This document shows, piece by piece, positions 9,454 through 18,537 of a stretch of 64,000 nucleotides of DNA. Where the stretch lies: the NCBI GenBank assembly GCA_003151615.1, contig PLXZ01000001.1:67795-131794 (forward strand), given 5' to 3'. The stretch comes from Candidatus Tayloriibacteriota bacterium. Lineage in GTDB: Bacteria; Patescibacteriota; Minisyncoccia; Phycocordibacterales; PALSA-1337. Numbering within the stretch: the stretch's first letter is position 1; each line of letters starts with the position of its first letter. Made by a program: the position numbers and the translations under genes. The notes beneath the pieces are model-generated. The model searched no databases, had not been told where the DNA came from, and saw only the letters and a list, made by a program, of their open reading frames with translations.

Positions 9454-10140
9454 ATGAAAAAAATAATTTCAATTACCATTTCCGTGGCGCTCGTTATAGT
9501 AGTCGGTATTATTACATCTTCTGTCTTTGGTAATCATTCCTCGTATCCATTTACAGTGCCGCCACTTAGTCAAGGTGGCACCTCCACTACCACTTCTTCT
9601 GTTATGGCACCCACTCCACAAAAAATTACTGCAACAAGTTCTCGATCAGCTCAAAGTCCAGTCAGTAACAATAATAGCGGTATAGTTCAGTCTCAGGCAA
9701 CAACGACTGCGGCTGATGATTTTACCATTGATTTTCCTGGCCAACCAACACACACCACACAAACATTAACATCTCCGTATCAGGGTCTTCCGATTCAAAG
9801 TGACTCATATCAGTATGACGGATCGGAAACGTTGACTTACATTGTGAATCATATTCAGTATTCCTCAGATATTAATATTTCTGTTCCAAAAAATAATTTA
9901 CAAGGTGTGATGAATGGCGTGTTAAGTTCCGTTAAAGGGGCAGTCATAGCAACATCTACATTTGAGACTTTTGGAGGGTATCCTGCACTTCAATACGAAT
10001 TATACGCAAGCGAAACTGGTACATATGTTTATAGCAAAGCTATATTAATAGGAAATCAGTTGTATCAAATTTCTGTTTTTTACCAAGGTTCTGCACCAAG
10101 CAATATTAATGAATTCATAAATTCATTCAGACTTAAATAA
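9454..10140 (+). CDS. secreted/membrane-anchored protein of a paralogous family (shared FPGxP...YxLxxxxG...IGNQLY domain with 32308..32901 and 32908..34272)
   Basis: N-terminal TM MKKIISITISVALVIVVGIITS; Thr/Ser-rich linker; conserved C-terminal domain. Confidence 0.5.
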   Translation: MKKIISITISVALVIVVGIITSSVFGNHSSYPFTVPPLSQGGTSTTTSSVMAPTPQKITATSSRSAQSPVSNNNSGIVQSQATTTAADDFTIDFPGQPTHTTQTLTSPYQGLPIQSDSYQYDGSETLTYIVNHIQYSSDINISVPKNNLQGVMNGVLSSVKGAVIATSTFETFGGYPALQYELYASETGTYVYSKAILIGNQLYQISVFYQGSAPSNINEFINSFRLK

Positions 10141-10227
10141 AATAGTGAAAGCCTTCTAAGGGAATTTAACCCGACGTGTCTGTGTTATAATTTAACCGTC
10201 ACAATTTAACATAATATATCAATTTTT

Positions 10228-10593
10228 ATGGCTGAAAATGTAATGGTTGGTGGAGCTGTCGATGTGCTTACAGTCGCAAAAGCACAAAAAGGTATACTCT
10301 GGTGTGTCGTCGCAGCGATTGTTATCTTTGGCTTAGGAGCTGTTGTTGCGTGGGCATTTAATCTCTTAGATTTGCCGCTTGCAGTGGTTGAAATTTATTT
10401 TGCATATAAACTCCTTGTTGCGCTTAAATCGAAGTATTGGATTCTTTGGCTGATTGGAATGCTTGTTCCATTTCTTAGTTTCATACTGTTGCTTGTTCTG
10501 AATGACCGAGCTACAAAAGCGATTCGAGCGCAAGGATATAAAGTTGGTTTGATGGGCGCCAACTTGGCAAATATTAGAACCAAGACATCCTAA
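10228..10593 (+). CDS. small membrane protein 121 aa
   Basis: three hydrophobic helices. Confidence 0.4.
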   Translation: MAENVMVGGAVDVLTVAKAQKGILWCVVAAIVIFGLGAVVAWAFNLLDLPLAVVEIYFAYKLLVALKSKYWILWLIGMLVPFLSFILLLVLNDRATKAIRAQGYKVGLMGANLANIRTKTS

Positions 10594-10598
10594 CACTT

Positions 10599-11000
10599 AT
10601 GCCGTTATTGGAAACATTAGGAGTGATTGTTGGGATCTTCTTACTTGTCCTAATCATTCTCTTGATTTGCAACTTGCCCTACATGATAAGATCCCGCCGA
10701 ATGGCTAAGGTAGCGAAAGAATTTAATTTATCTTTCTCAAAAGGCAAAGGACGTTTTCAGTTGCTCGTCGATACTGGCACAAAGAGAAATATCATCTCTG
10801 GAAATATTAAAGGACACACTATCGAGGCTTATGATTTCGATGCGTTTGTCTGGGCAACTCGCGGACTCATTAATCATGAATGGGTTTTAGTAGTCGATAG
10901 TAATGAGCAGCAAATAAAATCATTTCCTATAAAAATCCTCGGAACAAGAACGTCTGTTCACAAGATACGCAATATTCTAAGGCAAATTTCTCATAGCTAG
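10599..11000 (+). CDS. membrane-anchored protein 133 aa
   Basis: single N-terminal TM LGVIVGIFLLVLIILLICNLPYMI then soluble domain; 6 bp after previous gene. Confidence 0.4.
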   Translation: MPLLETLGVIVGIFLLVLIILLICNLPYMIRSRRMAKVAKEFNLSFSKGKGRFQLLVDTGTKRNIISGNIKGHTIEAYDFDAFVWATRGLINHEWVLVVDSNEQQIKSFPIKILGTRTSVHKIRNILRQISHS

Positions 11001-11079
11001 TTCCGACCCAAATGCGAACGTGATACGGATTCGGTTGAGTAATTACGACATCACACCGAACATAAAAAAATACCACCGA

Positions 11080-12420
11080 CTACTCCAGGGATATTTTCCT
11101 GTCTTTGAGCACCACTTTGCTCTTGAGACATGACAGGAGTTCGCGCTTTTCAGTAATCGTCCCTTCCTTGAGAAGATACTTTGCATACTCGCGCGTATCG
11201 ACGTCAGCCTTGCGATCTTTTGTTTTCATTCCGAGTACACCCATGCGGAATTTGTTGTACCGGATAATCTCCTCCTCGATCTTACCCTTCATGCCAATTT
11301 CATCAAGGTCGATGGTGTCGAGAAGATTGGTCAGCTCATCGATGAGGTCTTTTTCATTGATCGGCTGATTGGTGCAGTCGGTATTCCGTGCTTTGGTACA
11401 CATATAGTAGACATGGCGATTGACGCCGCCATCTTTCAGTTTTTTGAACTTTTCGTCGGCGGTGATGCCGGACTGACAGTATCCGCAAGTGATGAGCTTG
11501 GTGAAGGCGAATTCCTTGCTTTCAGTCTTTGGTATGTACTGCTCTTGGAGTGACGCTTGTACTTTGTCGAAGAGCTCCTTGGTAATGATGGGTTCATGCT
11601 TTCCTTGATACCACATGCCACCACCGGTGGGGTATTCAAACTCTCCGTAGTAGAAGGTATTGCGGAGAATGGTATATAGATTGGCTAAGGAGAGCTTCTT
11701 GTTATTTTTCGTTTTGAAGCCAGTTTGGCTGAGCCACCGATATGTCTGCCGTCCGCTCCATCCACCTGCGACCTTCTCAAATATCTGCCGGATGACAATC
11801 GATCGCCTCGGATCAAGCCGTACCTGACACTTTTTGTCGACATGCTTTTCATTGAGGTAGCCAGTCGGTGCCGTCGACGGTCGCCAACCCATCTCGCATC
11901 GAGCGCGAAGACCGCGCTTCACGTTGATGATCTTTTGGTCGTTTTCGAGCTTTGCTTGCGATCCGAGAATCATGAGCATGAATTTCTCGTTCGGGTTGTT
12001 AGTAAATTTCTGCGTATAGGTGCGTATCTCAAGAAGCTTACCCTGATCGAAAAGGTCGACGACCGCTCCTAGGTCTCCGGCGTTGCGGCTAAGTCTGTCC
12101 GGTGCCCAAGTGAGGATGCCATTAAACTTTCCGGCTCTGATTTCAGAAAGGAGTTCATTGTACACCGCACGCTGTCCAACTTCCTTTGAAGAGTGCGACT
12201 CTCGCTTCACCTCTGTTATTGCAAGCCCTTCTTTTTCGGCAAGTTGCGTCATCTCGCGCACTTGAGATTCGATTGAAAGGGCTTGCTTGTCTTCCTCCTC
12301 AGTCGACTTTCTTGCATACAGGCAGTAGCTCACCTTTATGGGCGCTTGGACGGCCTGCCTGTTAACGCCGCCCAAGGGAGCCCTTAATATTGTATTCATA
12401 CAGGCACCAAGGTACCGCAA
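11080..12420 (-). CDS. large serine recombinase (resolvase catalytic domain + recombinase domain + zinc ribbon), 446 aa
   Basis: YCLYARKSTEEEDKQALSIESQ catalytic Ser region; ...WAPDRLSRN; C-terminal CGYCQSG...YYMCTKARNTDC zinc ribbon. Confidence 0.85.
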   Translation of the reverse strand: MRYLGACMNTILRAPLGGVNRQAVQAPIKVSYCLYARKSTEEEDKQALSIESQVREMTQLAEKEGLAITEVKRESHSSKEVGQRAVYNELLSEIRAGKFNGILTWAPDRLSRNAGDLGAVVDLFDQGKLLEIRTYTQKFTNNPNEKFMLMILGSQAKLENDQKIINVKRGLRARCEMGWRPSTAPTGYLNEKHVDKKCQVRLDPRRSIVIRQIFEKVAGGWSGRQTYRWLSQTGFKTKNNKKLSLANLYTILRNTFYYGEFEYPTGGGMWYQGKHEPIITKELFDKVQASLQEQYIPKTESKEFAFTKLITCGYCQSGITADEKFKKLKDGGVNRHVYYMCTKARNTDCTNQPINEKDLIDELTNLLDTIDLDEIGMKGKIEEEIIRYNKFRMGVLGMKTKDRKADVDTREYAKYLLKEGTITEKRELLSCLKSKVVLKDRKISLE

Positions 12421-12519
12421 CGGTTGGGGGTGTCTAGTGCGTACTAGAGGCCTCGAAGTAGGTAACTTTATGTCCCGAAATACCCTTGTGTGGCTTCATA
12501 TATTCCGTATATCTGACAT

Positions 12520-14382
12520 TTACGGCATGGTAAACTCATCCCCGAAAATATCCTTCAATTTTTCGCCATGCTCCTCTGTAACCGCCGGATCAGGGACGAT
12601 TTTGCCGATATCAATGAACAGGTCTTTCTTCACCTGTAAAGGAACCTTACTTATGAATATATTTCTTTTTAATTTTTTGTCATTTTTATCGTCATCATCG
12701 GGAAGCGTCCGTCCCAAAGCCCTGCGAAGCGCCGAGTTGTGCTGATCGATGCACTCCTTGAGCCTTGCAAGCATGATTTTAATCCGATCATCTATGTCGA
12801 CTTCGTAGATGGCCGACAATTTTGTAAAAAGTACATCGAAAGCCAGGAGCTTTGCATAGCCGTCGATGACGGTCTGCCGTTCATTGACGAATACTTCCTC
12901 GTATCGGGGATTCTTGAACTCCAAGAATGTTTCGTCACCCTGCTTAATCTCCTTAAACATCATCTCTCCCTCGGATATTCCCGAAACGAGTGCCATCGAC
13001 ATGCCATATACGCTAAAAAAGTTCGGTTCACCTTTATCCGTCAGGCCACAGATGAGAAGCTCCTGATCGAGGTGATTGCCTTTTTGCTCCGGATCGTCGT
13101 CTGCGTAGACGAGACCGAGATTCGGTTCATATTCGTCGATCCGCTTTTTGAATTCCTTGACGAACTCATAGTCGGACGCGAAAGCGTAGAGGCTCTCTCC
13201 GGTTATGACTACACCCTCAAACGTCTCGAATGCAACCTTTTCATCAAGCTCTCCTTTCTCCGGAATTTCCATGCCGGAAATTTCCAAAGCTCTGCGGGCA
13301 TTTTCAAGCTCGCTGTCGCAGAGGCCTTTGCTGTAAAGTTTGTCCTGCATCGTTTCATGTTCCGTCCGTTCTCGTGTTGTAAGGGTGCCAGCAGATACGA
13401 GTTTGTTCAGAGTCGTACGGGCGAGAATTTTTTCACGAAGCCATCTTTCGAGAAGCTCTTTGCCATTACTGACGGCAAGCGGCGTGTACTGCTCAAGCAG
13501 ATCGCCGTCAAGCCAGTCCAAGCAGGCATTTTTAAGCATCGCCTCGATCGTGATTCGATGATCCTTCGCATACACTTCTACGGCATCCTTAATTTCATCA
13601 AATGTGACATCGTCCTCATCGTCCGATTCCTGATTTTTCGCCAATGATTTCCCTTTGACTGTAATGCCTTTACCAATGAGGAAGTGCCTTGCTATTTCGG
13701 CGAGAGGAATACAGGCGAAATAGTGGAAGATCTGATATTCTTTGGCGAATTTGTTATAGCAACGCTCGACGACAAGAGTGGCAAGCTTCTCTTTGGCTTC
13801 TGGAGTCAATTTGTCCTGGCCGTCAAAAAGGTTGGCGATGATTTCTTCCTGATCAAGGTACTGATGATCAACTTCGACCTCGGCGTATAGTTCATTGAAT
13901 GATTTTTTGTCCTCGGCGGTGAGATTCTCAAACGCGAGCCGGTAGACGGCGTAGTCGAAATCCATGCCGTCTTTGAGCTTGACAGCTCTCTGTTTTCCTG
14001 CGATTTCCATCGCTCCTTTCACGCTGACCTTCTTAATACGCTCAAGGCTTTCTATGCATTTCTTCATTTGACGTTGATGAGGATATGAGAGCAGGGCAAA
14101 CATCATCGTCGTTTTCCTGAAGTGTCCTGACTGAGCTTCGAGAAGAACGATTTCTGCTTCGATGCCCATACGTCCGGAATATTTCCAGCCTTCATTGAGG
14201 CGGTTCCATTCATGGGATTCAGTATTGTTCTTGGCCTGCCAATTTTCGAGTGCATTTTTGTCCGCTTCAGTCAGAACATCCTTGCCTGTCTTTGCGCGAT
14301 GAACGTCGTTTTGAATGAGCATGAGATAGCGCTCTTTAGGAGTGAGGTTTCCGCGCTGTAGATTTGTTGCGAAGTTTTTCAT
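12520..14382 (-). CDS. hypothetical acidic, largely helical protein, about 620 aa (start taken at MKNFATNL)
   Basis: long ORF; no Walker A or nuclease motif recognised; last gene of - strand operon 12520..17033. Confidence 0.5.
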   Translation of the reverse strand: MKNFATNLQRGNLTPKERYLMLIQNDVHRAKTGKDVLTEADKNALENWQAKNNTESHEWNRLNEGWKYSGRMGIEAEIVLLEAQSGHFRKTTMMFALLSYPHQRQMKKCIESLERIKKVSVKGAMEIAGKQRAVKLKDGMDFDYAVYRLAFENLTAEDKKSFNELYAEVEVDHQYLDQEEIIANLFDGQDKLTPEAKEKLATLVVERCYNKFAKEYQIFHYFACIPLAEIARHFLIGKGITVKGKSLAKNQESDDEDDVTFDEIKDAVEVYAKDHRITIEAMLKNACLDWLDGDLLEQYTPLAVSNGKELLERWLREKILARTTLNKLVSAGTLTTRERTEHETMQDKLYSKGLCDSELENARRALEISGMEIPEKGELDEKVAFETFEGVVITGESLYAFASDYEFVKEFKKRIDEYEPNLGLVYADDDPEQKGNHLDQELLICGLTDKGEPNFFSVYGMSMALVSGISEGEMMFKEIKQGDETFLEFKNPRYEEVFVNERQTVIDGYAKLLAFDVLFTKLSAIYEVDIDDRIKIMLARLKECIDQHNSALRRALGRTLPDDDDKNDKKLKRNIFISKVPLQVKKDLFIDIGKIVPDPAVTEEHGEKLKDIFGDEFTMP

Positions 14383-14383
14383 A

Positions 14384-14599
14384 TCATTTTCGCTTTTTAA
14401 GCGACTGCTCGATGAATTTGACCCGTTCTTCGAGATCAGCGACCTCGATGACTTTCGACAAGGCAAGCGCCACGCGCGAAATGGCAAGGGCGCGGCGCAG
14501 AGTTATTTTCCTCTCGGCCACGTCTTTCAAGGTTTCCGACAGGATTATAGCCGCTTCATCGGCAGTCATATGTTTGTTTGTGATGTTTATATTTTCCAT
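14384..14599 (-). CDS. small helical protein, 71 aa (MENINITNKHMTADEAAIIL...)
   Basis: stop separated by 1 nt from downstream ATG (14382); internal start chosen over upstream Arg-rich extension. Confidence 0.4.
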   Translation of the reverse strand: MENINITNKHMTADEAAIILSETLKDVAERKITLRRALAISRVALALSKVIEVADLEERVKFIEQSLKKRK

Positions 14600-14615
14600 A
14601 TTATTTTTATGTGTG

Positions 14616-14990
14616 TTACATGTTCTCGACAATCTCGTACCACGCCTTAACCTCCGCCGCCTTACCATCTTTCGTTATCCTTTTATACAAAGCCATGAGT
14701 ACGTTTGGCGTGAGTTTCCGCGCCCATGCGTTTATGCCTGGGACAAGACCATCCTTCTCAATCTTTTTGTTCCAATCAGAAAGGGTGGCGATATTAACGT
14801 TGAACCGTTTGGCGAATTCCGTTTGGGTCTTGATCGACAGAAGGTCAATTGCGACTTCGTCATCGATGCCGAATTTTTCGAGCAATTGTCGAGGCTGCCC
14901 ACGCAGTATCGACGGCATAGCCTTCCACATGAGGTAGGAGTCGAAATCCTGCTTTTTATAGACCTCCTGATTTGCAGAATCCTTAGCCAT
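14616..14990 (-). CDS. HTH DNA-binding protein, phage terminase-small-subunit-like, 124 aa
   Basis: LSIKTQTEFAKRFNVNIATLSDWNKK helix-turn-helix; position immediately after MTase genes as in prophage packaging modules. Confidence 0.4.
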   Translation of the reverse strand: MAKDSANQEVYKKQDFDSYLMWKAMPSILRGQPRQLLEKFGIDDEVAIDLLSIKTQTEFAKRFNVNIATLSDWNKKIEKDGLVPGINAWARKLTPNVLMALYKRITKDGKAAEVKAWYEIVENM

Positions 14991-14991
14991 T

Positions 14992-15750
14992 TCAGTTTAT
15001 CTTCTCAGCTTTTATGCCGGTCAGTTTCTCCCATCGGGCAATGGTGGTTGAGACATATTCCGGATCAATGTCAATGCCCACGCATCTTCGACCAAGATGC
15101 TCGCACGCGATCAAGGTGCTGCCACTACCGAGGAATGGGTCGTATATGCATTCGCCCATTTTCGTGGAATTTGGTATGAGCTTTCGCAAGAGTCCGACAG
15201 GTTTTTGTGTCGGGTGCAGTTTAGACTTTGATGGCTTCGGATGAAATATGATACTTTTAGCTTTTGTCCGCTCCATTTTGTGCCGACCCTTCCATCCGTA
15301 TGCGATGAGCTCGAATTGGGGAAGGTAATCCTTGCGCCCGAGAACGACATGATTTTTCACCCAGACGATCATTTGGCTGTAGTAGAAACCTGCCTGCTTC
15401 ATTCCCGCGCGGAGTGCCGGAAACATCATGTCACCGTTAAAAATGTAGCAGGCGTTGTAGGACTCAAGATGCGGTATGATCGCTTCAAGCCACGTTTTGG
15501 TAAAAGCGGCATATTCGTCATCGCTCTGGAGTTGATCTCCGATGATCACCCTGCCTGTATCGACGCCAAGTTTGCTCAGGTCTCTTTTACCCTCGACGTA
15601 GGCAACTCCGTACGGCGGATCCACTAGTACGCATCTTATTTTTCTGTCGCCAACGACCTTGCTTACAAACGCCGAATCGAGGGAACTGCCGCAGGCAACG
15701 ATATGATTGCTGAGCTTGTATATATCACCTTGTTTAATTTCGGTTTTCAT
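14992..15750 (-). CDS. DNA N6-adenine/N4-cytosine methyltransferase (N6_N4_Mtase family), complete
   Basis: motif IV VLVDPPYGVAY and C-terminal motif I DPFLGSGSTLIACE; start ATG overlaps upstream stop as ATGA. Confidence 0.85.
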   Translation of the reverse strand: MKTEIKQGDIYKLSNHIVACGSSLDSAFVSKVVGDRKIRCVLVDPPYGVAYVEGKRDLSKLGVDTGRVIIGDQLQSDDEYAAFTKTWLEAIIPHLESYNACYIFNGDMMFPALRAGMKQAGFYYSQMIVWVKNHVVLGRKDYLPQFELIAYGWKGRHKMERTKAKSIIFHPKPSKSKLHPTQKPVGLLRKLIPNSTKMGECIYDPFLGSGSTLIACEHLGRRCVGIDIDPEYVSTTIARWEKLTGIKAEKIN

Positions 15751-17033
15751 ATGAGTTTTGCTTTTTTGTTGGTAAAGGCCTCCCACCGGTCGATGATCAC
15801 AGTGGCGAAGATGAGATCCTGTTCAACGCCGCGCCATTTTCGATTGAGCTGCTCGCAGGCGATTAAGTCGCTGCCACTTCCCGCGAAGCCAGAAAAGACG
15901 ATGTGCCCAGGAGCACTGCACCGCTTCAATGGCTTTTCATTAAGCGACACCGGCTTCTGTGTCGGGTGAGCATAATCCTGGGCGTTGTCGCGTTTCTCGA
16001 GCCAGAGATTAATCATGTCGAAAATTTCCTCATGAACTTGGTTGCCGCTCCCGACTTCCTGATTAAGAATTTCGTTCAGATTCTTCATGTTGCTGTTGAG
16101 GTACGGCTTGCCTCGGATGCCATGAACGCAGGGCTCGTATACTTTATTCCACGCCACTTGCGGGGTCATGTTGAAATTATTTTTAATCCAAAGACAGACA
16201 CGCTTACTATCGATATCATTCTCACGAAAAAGCGTCTGCGTGAGCCATATGAACCGCTCATCGCACCAGTAAAAGAGATGACAGTCTGGCTTCGCTATCG
16301 TGAGCGCTGTCTTTATGCTTGCGTCCAAGAATGCCCCATACTCCACATCTTTTTTCGAGTCCTTTTTGCCGGTAAACGATCCCTCATACTTGCCGGATGT
16401 GCTGACGCCGTTTGAATAGTCCATGCCGATATTAAATGGAGGGTCGCAATATATGATGTCGGCAAGATCGTTGCCCATGAGTTTTTTTACCTGATCCGGC
16501 AGGGTTGAATCGCCGACAAGAAATCGGTGATCGCCAAGTTCCCATATTTCGCCGGGCTTTACTCGCGGTACTTTCGTTTCCTTTAGCGCTTTTTCGATAT
16601 CGTATTGATCGTCGATGACGTCGACATCGTCGAACAATGCTTGTAGTTCATCGTCTCCGAAGCCGACTTCAAGAAGAAGATCCATGTCCATGTCTTTTAG
16701 AAGCTCCTGATCCCACGAGCCGGTGTTCTGATTTTCGCGCAGAGCTGCTTCCTTGTATTCTGATTCCGTCAGCGGTCGATTTGGAATGCGCACATCGATG
16801 ACTTCATCTCCGCGACCCAAAAGATGAAGTATCTTTATTCGTTGATGGCCTGAAATTATCCGATCATCCGTGTTTATAACCGGTATGGACATCAAATTGA
16901 ATTTCTCCAAACTGGCTCGCAGATTACGTTCCTCGGCTTCGGTCAACTTGCGGGGATTTTTGTCCCAGGGCACAAGACCGGATACCTTCCGCTTGACTGT
17001 TGACCATGTCAGGTCCGTTTTTTCTTTTTTCAT
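15747..17033 (-). CDS. ParB-like nuclease N-terminal domain fused to DNA methyltransferase (phage/plasmid-type ParB-MTase)
   Basis: N-terminal ...NPRKLTEAE...IISGHQRIKIL (ParB/Srx fold); IIYCDPPFNIG and FSGFAGSGSDLIACE MTase motifs. Confidence 0.85.
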   Translation of the reverse strand: MKKEKTDLTWSTVKRKVSGLVPWDKNPRKLTEAEERNLRASLEKFNLMSIPVINTDDRIISGHQRIKILHLLGRGDEVIDVRIPNRPLTESEYKEAALRENQNTGSWDQELLKDMDMDLLLEVGFGDDELQALFDDVDVIDDQYDIEKALKETKVPRVKPGEIWELGDHRFLVGDSTLPDQVKKLMGNDLADIIYCDPPFNIGMDYSNGVSTSGKYEGSFTGKKDSKKDVEYGAFLDASIKTALTIAKPDCHLFYWCDERFIWLTQTLFRENDIDSKRVCLWIKNNFNMTPQVAWNKVYEPCVHGIRGKPYLNSNMKNLNEILNQEVGSGNQVHEEIFDMINLWLEKRDNAQDYAHPTQKPVSLNEKPLKRCSAPGHIVFSGFAGSGSDLIACEQLNRKWRGVEQDLIFATVIIDRWEAFTNKKAKLI

Positions 17034-17164
17034 TTTTATAATAAATTAGTTTATAAATTCACATCGACATTATTAATGCGTGCGTATCTGTCGACCGGAA
17101 ACGCACTGTCAACATCAAAGCGTTAACCAAATTAAAGACACAAGTGAGTGGTTAGGGAAAAGAA

Positions 17165-17192
17165 AAAAGCCTGATTTTTCAGGCTTTTTCAC
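17165..17192. terminator. bidirectional intrinsic terminator AAGCCTGA-tttt-TCAGGCTT flanked by A-run/T-run
   Basis: read directly; downstream of stop of 17249..18220 (-). Confidence 0.6.
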
Positions 17193-17248
17193 TGTCTGAT
17201 GTCAGGTTATCCCCATCACCGACCAATTTTGGTTAACGACTTGGACAA

Positions 17249-18220
17249 TCATTCGGAATACTTCAATCGATGATTGATACCCCATTTATTACCAGTGTAT
17301 TTGTGAAGTATTTCGGGAAGATTGTTTTTCTTGCACACGTTGCTTATACGTTTAATCTCTTTCGATATGACCTGCTTGGAATGTCCTAGGTCAGTCACAA
17401 GCTCAGAAAGAGTTTTTGAATTTTGGGAATATTTCCTGATGCCATACAGATGTTCAATAATGATGCACGCAAGCGGGGGAAGTTTTTCTTCCGATGTTTT
17501 CTTAAACACACCTCTCGTTGACTGATCGGATAGAAGATAGCCTTTTTCAAGAGCTAGATTGTCGTCAAGCATGATTGATCCGTCTTCTGTCGCGTACGTA
17601 TTTCGGGAAAAAAATTGTTCAACGGCTTCTTTTTTAAGAAAAAGTCCTTTCTCTGTTATTTTCTGGAATAAATCAATTATCGGCACCAGGAGTACTTTAT
17701 CCGGCAAGGAGATTTGCGGCGTTCCAGTATAGAAGACAGCACTTCGAGGTAAATGCGTGATAATGCTGAGTTTCGGCTTCTCGATGTCGTTTATGTCACG
17801 ACAGAAAAAAAGATGATAGTCCGCTCCATTTATCGTTTGCGTGCCCAAACTCCACAGTAAGCTGTCGATACTCTCGGAAATCGTTGGAGACAGAATATCC
17901 ATAGATTTCTGAAATGCACTAAGAAAATTTTCGATATTGAATTGCCACTGCTGTATTTCCGCCGGATTGAAATAATCACGTTTGGCATGTTCATTTTGGG
18001 TACACATTGTGTACGCACGGTCTTTTGAGACGTGATGAACTTCGACGTCTTCATTGTGGCAGGTCACGCACCATATGTTTTTCGGATCGCTCGTCTTTTC
18101 AAGTAAAGCCAAAGCAGGCAGGATATCAAAATCCCTTTTTCGTTTGTTGGCATCGTCGACGGTGATTACGATAGGAAAAAGACGTGCTTGTTTATTGAGT
18201 ATTTCAATTAGAAAATCCAC
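17249..18220 (-). CDS. hypothetical protein 323 aa with N-terminal Cys/His cluster (WCVTCHNEDVEVHH...CTQNEH) and C-terminal HTH-like segment
   Basis: ORF; overlaps upstream gene by 17 nt (operon). Confidence 0.45.
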   Translation of the reverse strand: MDFLIEILNKQARLFPIVITVDDANKRKRDFDILPALALLEKTSDPKNIWCVTCHNEDVEVHHVSKDRAYTMCTQNEHAKRDYFNPAEIQQWQFNIENFLSAFQKSMDILSPTISESIDSLLWSLGTQTINGADYHLFFCRDINDIEKPKLSIITHLPRSAVFYTGTPQISLPDKVLLVPIIDLFQKITEKGLFLKKEAVEQFFSRNTYATEDGSIMLDDNLALEKGYLLSDQSTRGVFKKTSEEKLPPLACIIIEHLYGIRKYSQNSKTLSELVTDLGHSKQVISKEIKRISNVCKKNNLPEILHKYTGNKWGINHRLKYSE

Positions 18221-18536
18221 GGTCTATTTTTGATTTTTTAAGCACTTGTCCGGCCTTTACGTCGAGATCGTCAAGGTCGTTAAGAGAACTTGTGTCTTTC
18301 CATGTGACGTAAAAGGTCTTCGTCCCGCGCGGATGTTTTTTCGTTGGCTTGAACTTTATTTTCATATCCACACGATTGAGTCGCAAGGAATCGATCTTGT
18401 CGGCGAGTTTTAAAGAATCCAATGTCCGCCAAATCATGTCCGTCCCGGATATACTTTCATTTTTTGTATAAATTTTCATCTGTGTCTGCCCATCTGGTGT
18501 CTTTAAATCAAAGCCTTTGAGCCACCAACCGTCCAC
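18204..18536 (-). CDS. hypothetical protein 110 aa
   Basis: ORF begins 2 nt after stop of truncated MTase gene. Confidence 0.4.
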   Translation of the reverse strand: MDGWWLKGFDLKTPDGQTQMKIYTKNESISGTDMIWRTLDSLKLADKIDSLRLNRVDMKIKFKPTKKHPRGTKTFYVTWKDTSSLNDLDDLDVKAGQVLKKSKIDRGFSN

Positions 18537-18537
18537 T

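Noticed and set aside
12421-12519. Intrinsic terminator or att core between the serine recombinase and the 620-aa gene (TCTAGT-gcgt-ACTAGA hairpin)
   Set aside because: The stem is short and AT-rich with no T-run; insufficient to call a terminator or site.
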